Assembly (NCBI GenBank): GCA_004431415.1
Contig: QPMI01000056.1
Location: 248,001 to 312,000, forward strand
Length of the DNA stretch: 64,000 nt
Direction: 5' to 3'
Source of the DNA: Cyanophora paradoxa CCMP329
Lineage: Eukaryota; Plantae; Glaucophyta
Below, piece by piece: positions 37,101 through 49,100 of this stretch. The notes under the pieces were generated by a model. The model had not been told where the DNA came from, searched no databases, and was given only the letters and a program-made list of their open reading frames with translations. Position 1 is the first letter of the stretch. Every line of letters begins with the position of its first letter. A program made the translations under genes and the position numbers.

Positions 37101-40100
37101 ACCGGATTCACTGGTGAATTATCTGATCGCTCGCATTGGATCCCAGCCCTATAATCAAGCGGGTGGCGGAACTTACACTCGCCATTTCTATGTAACCTAT
37201 GATCCCACAACATTGCTTCTAAGGTTCATGTGTGAGGTTCCATTCTCAATCACTATGAACACTCAACTCTTAGCCAATTTCTGTGGTTTTGAAAATGCTA
37301 ACACACTGTACCAATCGAGTCCTCTATCATCTAATGTCACAGTTGGAGCCTTTACTTATGCTCACTACATTGATAGTGAAATGCCATTAGATCTACTATT
37401 TAATTCCTATTTGCTTCTTCATGTTGATCCACTGAAAGGAAGATATGTGAGCAATAACAAACGAGATAACAATGCTATCGCGAAAATTGAGATTGACCAA
37501 ACGGTTGGCAGTCTATTAAAATATGATTCATCGAATAATTCCATGATCGTTCACGAGCAGAATGGCTTGGTTGAGGTTGAGACTCTAGATGTGAGACTTT
37601 CTTACTGGAATGGAGCCACAGCAGACATTACTACCGACTGGTCGATGACTCTTGAACTGATTACTGAAGATGATAAAGATCTGACGAAAAAAGCATTGAA
37701 GAATGTCATAAAAGAGTTGGAGGGACTCTACCTGCCGTTCTCACGGTCATAGGAAATACTGTAGAATAAATTTGTTTCAATATTACAAATGGCTCGCAAG
37801 ACTCAACCCAAGAATTTCTTAGCCAAACCAGCCGCTGAAGCGGATGTTGGCAATGGTGAGAATGGAAGGAACTGGTATAAGAAATCGAAAGGACTCGCTG
37901 CATACGGAACTGGTGACCTCGAAAAGGAAGTCCATAAAGAACGAAACCAATTCACCCAAGCCACTACGAAAAACAGTAATGATGATAATGCCCTTGTTGA
38001 CCAAGTCCCACTGAACCGCATGCCCGGAGCCAAACGAGGAATCAAGAAAGGACAGTTCAAATCATCCACAAAGGACAAGGTTGCCTCATCATCGACACTG
38101 CTGAAACTGCTTGATGGTGGTGAGCGACTCTACTCAACCTATTCCGAGAAAGACCATCGCAACCGCTACTTTATTCGTTCAACCACTGGTGGACTGAAAT
38201 CTGTAACATATCAGTATGCTAAGAGTCTTGTTGATGGTATTGCAGCAGAGACCAAAAACGAAAACAAGATCAAGGAACAGCCAATCACAAAGGAAAAGGT
38301 TGAGAAGAAACCAGAAGTAACCCATGAAGTTATTCCCGAACCTGTTCATGTGGCAAAAGACTCACCTACAGAATTGATTGCAAAGACCATTGAGTATCAA
38401 GACTCCAACAAAACGGATTTGCCGGTTCTCAATAAGTCGATCCTTCGGGTTGCCACTTCGCAGGCTGATCCAGTCAACTCGATTCCAAATGCTGCCCCAA
38501 TGGTCTCTGGATTCGCCAAGCTTGGTATAAGACCCGGTTATCGCCGTTAAGGATCAATCTGAATAATATAATTTCTCAAACATTGTTAGCGCTACGTAAC
38601 CAATCCTATCCCGTAGGCTCAAAACTTCTTCATTTTTATGGAGGCGTTGTAGAGCGAAGTGAAATATCCATAGGTAAATCACTTTAATCACCTGTTCTAC
38701 CGGGTTCAGTGGTAGAAACTTGCAGCCGACAAGTGAACCTTCTGGGTATCGGTGGCTTTATCATTTTTCCAGCATCTTCTTTCGTACTGGATGCTCTGCA
38801 ATCGGGACCAAAATTTGACAGGAGTTTATTCGCTATATACAGACAGAAAAACTACTTAAAGATTTCTTAACATATATTAAGAGAGTAGAAAAGGACAACA
38901 TGCCAATCAGTGAGGCTCAGAAGCGTGCTACTTATCGTTATCGTAAAACTGAAAAAGGTCAGGAATATTTGAAAAAGTACAATGCCAGATTTGCAAAGCA
39001 AATGCGTGACTTATACCATACTGATGAGTGTTACAGAGCCATGAAGATCGTTGAGAGTTCCCAGCGTCTCTATGCTTCCAATGCAGTCTGCTTTGTGAAG
39101 TATCTCTATGGTGTCCCGTATTCTAACCGTGGTCGCAAATCGAAATATCTCTGTTAATCGTTTTTCTCAGCGCGATCTGCTCTGAGAAACCCGTGGGAAA
39201 CGCGCTGGAACCACAAATATAATCATTCTGTTATTTTTAGAGTTCGATGATCGAGCCAACCCTTTGTTATTTTTATGAATGCCCTCGACTAAATTTATTT
39301 TGTTGGAGACTTTTGGTTTTGTCGGTAAAATTTGACGCGAGTATAAAAGTATTTAAAGAAAACTTTTGTAGGTTTTTTTTGCAAAAGCCCAACCGGGCAA
39401 TGTTCGTATTAAGGACAACAACCGCCGCCCCGTCGGTGACGTCGACCGGGGGGGCGCCTAGGCTAGCGCAAATGCTCTGCGGCATAGAAGGAAGACGTCC
39501 TGCTATCTTATCCTAGCTGTGAGCTATCGATCTACAGCTTTAGGAGGGCCTGATGCGTTGGTGTCCTTGGCCCTGTGGAAGAGAGGGGGGAGGGGGAGGC
39601 GAGGCGCACGGGGTGCTGGGGGTCGGCGGGGGCGAGGCGTAGGGAGGGGAGAAGGGCAGGGAGTGGGGTACACGGAGCGCTGGAGGGTGGCGGGGTGAGG
39701 CGCTGGGGTCGGGGAGCTGGGGGCGGGCGGGCGGGGCGGGCGGGGAGGGTGACGGGCCGGGAGCGGGGCGGGGCGCCGAGGGTCGGGGCAGGGCGCTAGA
39801 GGGCGGCGGGGGCGGGGCGCTGGGGGCGGCGGGGGCGGGGCGCTGGGGGGCCGGGGCAAAGGGCGGGGGCTAAGGGGTGGAGGAGCACTGGGGGCGGGGC
39901 CCTGGGGAAGCGGCGGCGGAAGGGCGCTGGGGGCGGAGGGGCGCCGGGGGCGACGGGGGAAGGGCACGGGGAGCAGCGGGGCACTAGGGCGGCGGGGCGC
40001 TGAGAGGGGTGACGTGGGAAGGGCACTGGGGGGCGGCGGGGCGCTGGGGCGACGGGGAAGGGCGCGAGGGAGCGGCGGGGCGCTAGGGCGGCGGGGCACT

Positions 40101-43100
40101 TAGAGGGTGGCGGGGGCGGGGCGCTGGAGCCGGAGGGCGGGGGCGGGCGCTGGAGCTGGGGGCGGGGCGGGCGCTGGAGCCGGAGGGCGGGGCGGGCGCT
40201 GGAGCTGGGGGCGGGGCGGGCGCTGGAGCTGGGGGCGGGGCGGGGCGCTGGAGCCGGAGGCGGGGGCGGGGCGCTGGAGCTGGGGGCGGGGCGGGGCGCT
40301 GGAGCTGGGGGCGGGGCGGGGCGCTGGAGCCGGAGGGCGGGGGCGGGGCGCTGGAGCCGGAGGGCGGGGGCGGGCGCTGGAGCTGGGGGCGGGGCGGGGC
40401 GCTGGAGCTGGGGGCGGGGGCGGGCGCTGGAGCCGGAGGCGGGGGCGGGGCGCTGGAGCCGGAGGCGGGGGCGGGGCGCTGGAGCCGGAGGCGGGGCGGG
40501 GCGCTGGAGCCGGAGGCGGGGCGGGGCGCTGGAGCCGGAGGGCGGGGGCGGGGCGCTGGAGCTGGGGGCGGGGGCGGGGCGCTGGAGCTGGGGGGCGGGG
40601 CGGGGCGCTGGAGCCGGAGGGCGGGGCGGGCGCTGGAGCTGGGGGGCGGGGGCGGGCGCTGGGTGGGGGCGGGGCGGGCGCTGGAGCTGGGGGCGGGGGC
40701 GGGGCGCTGGAGCTGGGGGGCGGGGGCGGGGCGCTGGAGCCGGAGGGCGGGGGCGGGGCGCTGGAGCCGGAGGGCGGGGGCGGGGCGCTGGAGCCGGAGG
40801 GCGGGGGCGGGGCGCTGAAGCGGGAGGGCAGGGGCCGGCTTGAAGGCCGGGTCCGGGCGGGCCTCGTCTGGCTCGGACTGCGGACGGGGGGGCAGGGGGT
40901 CCGAGCGTACACGCTTCTGTACCGGCCTCGGGGGGGGAGGAGTCCAGGTGGGCGCCCTTTGGGCCCAGTCCGGGGGAAAGGGGGCGGGGGCGTGGGCCCG
41001 CGGGGCCTGGGCGCCGGCGAGCGTCGCGCAAGCACGGTCTACGTCGTTCGCCGGGCATGGCGGCGACATCCGGTGTGTCGTCCGTGGATGATCGGCTCAT
41101 GTCTGCGGTGTGACAGGCAGTGAGTGAGTGTCAGCATCGGGGCGCAATGCGCGGGGACTGGGCGGCAGTTCAGTTGCTTAAGAGCTCTTATCGTCTATCG
41201 GGAGAGGCAGGGCGATTGCTTTGCGCTCCGCGCAGGGCGCAGGTGGGGTCCGGGGGTCCGTGGAATTCAAAAAAGATGACGCGGCGAGGTTGGCGGGGCT
41301 GCCTGGCGCTCCGGGGCGGGCTACCGACTTCGGCGGTTGCGATTGGTGATGATGTGCTCGTGTCGGCTGTCCGTGCACGCCCGGCTGGTCTATCTAGCGC
41401 GTTCTGGCTACGGGGGTCGGGTGGAGCTGGCGCGCGACTTTCCGAGCAGCTTGACACGCAGCGTTATCAGGAACCCACGGGTGGGAAACCTGGCCCGCTG
41501 CGCCGCCGTAATCGTCGCGCTACCGTAAATTTTCCGTACCCCCCCTTCCAAAACTTTTGTAGGTATATATTAATAGAGTGAACAAAGAAATGCCTCGACC
41601 AAGTAATCGAATTTCGAAAAATTTGCAGGATGAGATTCTTGGCTACTACATGCAAGCAAAAGTAGAAGACAAATTGACCCGAGAGCAGGATATCTATTTC
41701 TTGAGAGAATTTACTTTCAAAGCAATTAGAATTCCAAAGTTGATTGATATCAGAGATACACTGAGAGGTATCGTAGAGCCTCGTTTGTATCGCAAGCAGG
41801 AGAAGAAGGAGAAGAGGGCTGAGAGAGCCGCTAAGAATGTTGAGAAGCAAAACAAGAAAGCGGAGCAAGCGAGAGAGCGGAAGCGCTTGACTCCTTTCCA
41901 GCAGATGATTGCTAACCTCCGTGAGTTTGTTGAAAACTCACCTGGAAACATGGTCACCCTGAATGTGAGACTCTTCCGTGAGTTGCAAGAGGGAGAACAA
42001 GCCCCTGCAAATGCAAACAGGGTCACTGAGAATGGTGTGACCTACATTGAATCGAAGAGGCTTCGGAACAATCGCCCCTTTGGTATCCAGTGTACCAAGG
42101 CAGCTTTTCTGAATGCTCTCGGTCTGGTTCAATCCACCTTCAATACGTTCCCATGTGTTGAGGGGACTGTCATTGCTGAATTTATTGCAGCAGTTATTGA
42201 GTTTAACTCGACCAATCAAGATTTCCGCTACCTAAAACTAATTGAGCAAGATACCTACCCCGATATTATGACAATTGAAAGAGTCATCACGACAGATAAT
42301 GAAGAATACATCCCAAGAAATGAACAAGTCCTCAGAGACAATACAAACGCTCCAATGATTATTTCGAATTTCATTAAAAACGAAGGGAACCCCCAAGCCA
42401 CCACATTCAAGGAAATGTTCTTGAAAGGTGATTCATTCAAGGTTGGAAGTGTGTTTTCGATGTCCTCATCAAATGGTTTGGAGGAGCGTTTGAGAAGGCT
42501 AAGACCAAAGGGAAATACAAGCGAATCGATTGGTCTTACAACGGACTCTTTAAGATGGTGAATGGGCGAGACCCTGTTGAAGGAGATGATTGGGGCATTT
42601 CTTTCAAGTCCATTTCGGAGAAGGTTCTTGACCCACTGCGCCTAGGCATGGTTACAATTGGAAAGGACGACAGAACCCCTGTCCCTGAACTGACTTTCCT
42701 GCCCAAGACCAGGAACACACACTTGACCCCTTCTGTTGCATATGTGAAGATTGAGAATGGTCACATGTATTTGTTAAATCACAATATTAAGGCTCTCACA
42801 CAGTCCTTCAATGGCTCCAAGCCAAAAGATACCAATGTTCCACTCAGTTCTCGTTACAAGATTATAAAGCAAAGAAGGTTCAAGGAGTTTGCCACAAATC
42901 CCGATGACATTCTGAGAATTGTCAGGTCTGACAATTCAAAGAACCAATCGAGCATTCGAATCTGCTATGGTGGTTCACTGGATGAACTACTCAGAGAGTT
43001 CATTGTGGTGCATAATTATCAGGTCCAACCTGGGTTCTCCCAAATCGGAAAGGCAACCCATATTCGTTTCACTATTGACGATAAGGATGTTGTCGTGACC

Positions 43101-46100
43101 CCACCTGGTAACGATACAGATGTGGAAACAGCTTTCGAGATTAGCTTCAAGAATGCTGAGTACAGAGATAAATTCGAGAAACTAAATCTGGATATGTATA
43201 GGTCTCTAATCAACACTTCCAACAAGAGTACTTACAATGAGCAAACCATAAATGCATTCAAGAATGGAGTGCAGACTGCCCTTCGTGGTCTCTTTGATGT
43301 GGATGAGGAGACCTTTGATGAAATTCGCTATAACACAGATATTTACGAGTTCGATATGTGCAAAGCATACCCTTACATTGTAGCCTTGATGATCAAATTC
43401 GTTCCTGTTCTCAGCAAGTTCGATGTCTTCAAGAGTGTGACAATCACAGATGCAGAGCAAATCGAGGAATACAGCTTCTATTACGTGAAACTGGACGACA
43501 AATACTTTTTCAAAGCCAAAGACAAGAACGGAAAGGAGTACGAAGCAAACACCTACAACAGATACAAGAGGATGATCATTGATTCCAAGTACAATGTCGT
43601 TCCTGGTTTGGTTCTCAAAAAGCATTTCGAGGATTTCAAGGATGACATCTCCATCAAAGCGGTTCTGCGACCTTACAAACTCATTCCCAACCTTGCAGGC
43701 AACACAGTTGCTCGAATCTTAGATAGCGACCTCGATCCTGTTGATAAGAAGCAGATCTTGGTGAGTGCAATTGGGCAAACTGGAAAGCAACGAAATAGCA
43801 GAGTGAAAACCACCATTTTCCACAACAGAGACGATGCGATCGAGTTCCAGAAACAGAACGGAGGGGAGGTTAAAATTTACCTCTTTGGTGAGACTCTTGC
43901 CACTTATGAGGAGACAGAGTTCGTTCTGTGTGAGGAAGAGATGACCGAACCCCATATCTACTATGTCAATCAGGTAGCAGAAAAGCAGCTCATTGATGGC
44001 TTCATGCCATTGTACACTACCCTCTTGTCAATTATGAGGATGTGTATGTATGAGAAGTGTGTCGAACTCGCTAAACAGCAGATCCGACCACTCGCTTTGA
44101 ACACCGATTGTGTTTATGGGATCGCTTATGAACCCATTGCCCCAGTGTCATTCGATCGCAATGCCTTTGAGAATATTGGAAAATTCAGTGTGAAATGCTG
44201 CCCCAATTTTTCTAAAAAGTTTTCAGGTGAGAAGAAAGACCTCGAGGCAAAACGAATTCGTTACGGAAAGTTTGAGAGAGCGACTGACTTTGTGAAAATC
44301 GAGAACTACAGTTATACCAAACACTCTGTGGTTGATGAGTATGACACAACCGCGATTTGTGATTTGCTGGCTACACAAAAACGATGGGTTCTTCTCGGAT
44401 CAGTTCCAGGAGTTGGAAAGACTCACATGACAGTTGAATATGGGAAGCGTTTCAAAAATCCCCTCTATATTGTTCCGACCAACAAGCGAGTGAAGGAAAT
44501 GAAAGAGCAAGGATTGAAAAATGTGAAGACAATCTATGATGCCCTTCATCTCAAAATCGATGAGTCGAACATGGATGAAATCGTAGGAGGGAATGCATCT
44601 GGTTTGGTAGAATTTGATTGCATTGTTATTGATGAGATCTGTCAGTTTAAGATTGGAGAACTGGCAGCCCTGGACCACATCATGAATGAGCAGTTCCCAG
44701 ATAAGGTATACATTGCCACAGGTGACCCGTATCAGAACCCACCCATTCAGGATATGAGTGTTGATCAAGATGAGTATTACCTTGATATCCTCCATCGCCT
44801 GTTCCCCAACGAATTGTTACTCCAAGTGAACAAGCGCCATGAGACTGAGGAAGATCGCAGAAAGGTTGAGCAAATTCGAATTGATTTATTCGAGAAAGGT
44901 TTGAGTGTAAGTGAGGTCCTAGCAAAGTACGGTTCAAGGTTGTGGACGAATTGGCAAAGACAGATAAAGGCATTGTGTATACAAACCGCAAGGGTGCAGA
45001 GGTGAACCTAGCCCTTCACAAAATGAACTACGGGGATAATGTTTCCATTTATGCTGGCGGGATCAAAGTTGTTGCAAAGACTCGTATTGCAAAGGGTGGG
45101 AAGATAGTTCATAATGGATTTGTCTACAAGATTGTCAAGCTCTCAAAGGACAGTTTCATTATTGCTGACATTGCCAACAAGAAGGATGAGATTGTTCTCA
45201 GCAGGGATGCAGTCAAACATTTCGCCCTGGCTTACGCAAACACCTGCCATGTTGTTCAAGGTGATACGATTCGCTGCAAAGGGAACAGGGTAGTCGTGTT
45301 CGAAACTGGGGCGCCATTTGTTTCAAAGAAGTGGCTATATGTTGCTCTCACTCGAACCACAAGGCTGGATGATGTTGTTATTTACCATGATAATTTCGAA
45401 ATGGCTCACTGGAAAGTGTGGAAAAGAGAGAATAACGAGAAGATTTCGACTTACAAGGATCAGGACCGAGCAGCAAACAGACAATTCGATGAGCATGATT
45501 ACATCACATGGGATTGGATCAAGCAGCGATATGGGAAGCAGTATGGGCATTGCCTGCGATGCTACAATGCCATGGACTTTGAAGATATTTCGGTAGATCG
45601 AATTAATAATGCTGTGGCTCACATTACCAAAAATTGTTTCCTCTCTCATATTAAGTGTAACTGTGCCGCCCAATAATGGATAGTGTATTATCATTCAAAA
45701 AGTATAGGCAGAAACTGATTAATGAAAAAGTGAGTTTTGATGAAAAAGAGTTGAAAAAGAAGTTCAAAAACTCAGAACTCCAGCAAATTTACAAGAAACC
45801 AAGGAAACCCAAATCGTTTCTTCGCATAGTGGCAAAGCCTAGATCGTTTCAAATCGATATAACATATTTCAGAGGGTTTCAGACTGCCAACAATGGCATT
45901 TTCAAAATGCTTAGTTTCGTAGACATACTTAGTCGCAAAGGATTTGTTTATCCTTTTAAAAACAGCAGTGAGATCCGAGCATTTTAAATAGGTTCAAGCA
46001 AGAAGCAGGCAAAGTTAATGCTCTCTCTGGGGATAATGAGTTTTCCCAGGCAGTATACCGAAATTGGTGCAGTGAACATGGTGTAATGCTATACACAGAT

Positions 46101-49100
46101 GTGGCAAAGGATGACCACATCACAGTAGGAGATAAACTGGGGATAATTGATAGGTTCACTAGGACTTTCAAACAGTATCTCAGAAAATCGATGACAGCAA
46201 AGGGAACCACGAAATGGATCGATCTACTTAGTGATGTAATTGACTTGTATAATAGCAGTCCCCATTCTGCATTGAAAAATGACTCTCCAAATGCAGTGTA
46301 TACAAATGAAGATAAACAGTTATTTATTTACATGAGGGATACTGTTCACAACAATCGTGTAAAGGAGGCTGATACTAATCAAGTGAAACCAGGAGACACA
46401 GTTCGAGTTTTGCAACCAAAGGGATTGTTTGAAAAAGAAGGTGCGCAATTCAGTCAGAAGGTCTACACTGTTGCAAAGGCTGATAGGAATCGTTTCAAAG
46501 TGCTTGAAGATAATGATGGTGAGGAAACAAAAGAAGTGAAGAGGAGATTTAAGAAACAAGAATTGCAAAAGGTGAATAAAGATGATATCATTAAGATACC
46601 ATCACAAAAACGGATTCAGCAGGTTAATAAAACGAATAAAGTGAATCGATTGGTAGCAAAAGAAGGCATAAAACCCAATCGGAGTAATGTAATTCGGAGG
46701 AGATACAATTTGAGAAGTGGTTTAACGAAACGCTAAATCATGGAGACACGGCGGATGAAAAGGATATAACTTCGATTAAATATAATTAATCGAGATTATG
46801 ATATAACTTCGATAAATAAGATTTAAGATATAACTTCGATTAATTCGATTTTTGTTACTGAGGCTTACTGAGATTTAGTGAGATTTGGAATTGGGTTACT
46901 GTGAATGGTTTGTTTTTCTTGGGAATTGTTTTGGAGACACGGCGCATAAAAAAGATATAACTTCGATAAGATATAATTAATCGAGATTATGATATAACTT
47001 CGATTAATTCAATGTTTCTTACTGAGGCTTACTGAGATTTACTGATATTCAAGATTGGGTTACTGGGAATGGTTTGTTTTCTGATTTGTTTTTGATTTTT
47101 TCGCGGGTATTTTTTTGGAGACACGGCGCAGTGATCAATATTCACAGCATCCAGATTAAATAATATATATAGATCACAAACCGGAGGCTAAAGTTGAAGA
47201 CAGGAGACATAGGATCGTTCCCTACAGAAAGCATTGCAGTTTGCTATCAAGCGCATGCGCGCGCTCAGTCAACAGGACATATGCACATGTACAAATTCGC
47301 GCTCGAGCGCGCGTAGCGCACCCTGGTACGTGCCGCGCGCCCTTGGATCCACTGGCAGGAAAACCAGTCAGCATACGCAGAGAAGAGCTGAAAGACATGA
47401 CCAAAGCTGGGCGTGGCAGGAACCTCGATATTGAGCCCTCGTCCCTCCCCCGACAGGTCGTCTCCAAGGGAAGAAACGACGTCAACGTTTCTGAGCTTGG
47501 TTTGGTCGAGTTTTCGCTGAACTTCGCAGCGATCTTCCTCTCCCTCCCCGAAAACCATGCGTTTGCAGTTGACGTAGCTGTCTTCATAGTAGATCTCTCG
47601 AAGGTCTGTCCGTCGCGATATTCAAAGAAGGTTCTTTCTAAATTTGTAATATGCGTCAGCGGATTCGAACCTGTGGCATAAATTCCCTCGCTTGTTTCCG
47701 TCATGTATAGGTCGCAGCGGGCCTTGTACGACCCGGCAGCAAGAACGCGCGGCGTGCAGGTAATTTTCGAAGTGTCATCCAGCGTCAAAAAGCTGAACTG
47801 GAAGGGCGTCTGCCCTGTCTTCTGCGTGCCGACACGCGCGTATCCTGAGACCTCCGTCGGTTTGCCGACGTCATAGTTAATTTTGATGCCCATGTCGGTG
47901 CGTGTGCTGGTCGGGTTGCTCGGCGCAGTATAGCTGCGCGTGGGAGAATGTAAATATCGGCAGATATCTGCGGAGACCTAGATATATCTGGCATGCGCAC
48001 GTAAAGGCATAGGTGTCATAGCATCCAGTGGAGCATATTTCAGTGCCGTCGGTTCTGGCTTGGAATGGCTCAGGATATCCGTCCGGTACCAGAGGCGAAA
48101 GAGTTCCAAGCGCGGGCGGCTCAATCAAGAAGTTGCTCTCCGCCAGGCGCGGACTCCGCGAGTGGCGAGTCAGCGTGCAACGAACCAGTGCACCCGCTGC
48201 ACAATGCGGCAGATGCCTTAAATTAGCGATCGCCTGGAGAGCGAATGCATCTAAAAGAACTCGAGAAAGCGCACGACGAGTGCGGTATACGCCGTCAGCG
48301 CCTTGGGACGGGTTATAGATGTACGGAAAGTCGCCTGATCGTAGCCACATTAATCAGGTGCGAACAAAGATATGATAAGCAAACAGTGGTACTGCAGCCG
48401 GCTCACAGTTCACATTGTAGTCAAGGAACGATTGGAAGGTAGCGTTCCAGAGTGTGCGCACAATGTTCTCCCGCTTCTCGTCGCGGAAGCCAATTGGGAC
48501 CGCAAGTATTGGGACAAGTAGTCTTTAAGCTGCTTAAGCTTTGCTCGTTTCAGCCAAGTCATGCTCATGATACATATTCCCACTAGACGTCGACGGCCAC
48601 GTACACAGATGATTATAAAATTTCATAAGAGACTGCAGCCGCGCGCACCCGAACGTTATAGGAGCTGTCGTGACCGTCGGTCGCAACCTGCAAATGCACT
48701 TTAGACCATTTAGACATGCAGGCAGATCTTCAAATTGCTTTCTAATACATCATCAAAACCGTAACAGAGAACTGGCCATCCAATAAGAAGCTGTGTTCGT
48801 GCTCGTGTCCCTTCGAGCTCTGTTCCCGATGTACATCTTTGCGCTGCCCTCGGAGCCATGGCCAGTATCTTCGAGCTCTGTAATGTTGAAGGGCTCGGCT
48901 GCCGCGATAGCATCAGTCATGATTAATTCTCTATATATAACTAAGACAACAAAGTTCCGCGGCTAGTCCACGTTATCTTGGGAAACGCACTGATTGCAAC
49001 GAAGTCCATCTCATAGTCGTTGAATTCCACGTAATCAGATTCGGCAGCAGGTTCTACAAATACATTAGAACTCAAATAAATGTTAAACTGCTGCTGCCGA

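Larger units (their letters stand above)
33425..47133. mobile_element. Endogenous Polinton-like virus (DJR-capsid integrating DNA virus), 13.7 kb
   Basis: Sharp AT-rich, intron-free island bounded by ~397-bp near-perfect TIRs (CACTGCGCCGTGTCTCC...GGAGACACGGCGCAGTG). Encodes A32-like ATPase, MCP, penton, PolB-helicase fusion and rve integrase. Confidence 0.95.

Noticed and set aside
39524-41123. Long Pro/Ala/Gly-rich ORFs (191-434 aa) on both strands
   Set aside because: Open in nearly all frames because the G-rich VNTR lacks stop codons; no domain signal.
47182-47400. Apparent exon-phase clash suggesting host exons were deleted at the integration site
   Set aside because: Resolved by a 50-nt intron (GTCATG...GCTGAC...CCAG, ~47352-47401) that restores a continuous frame across the virus-containing intron.
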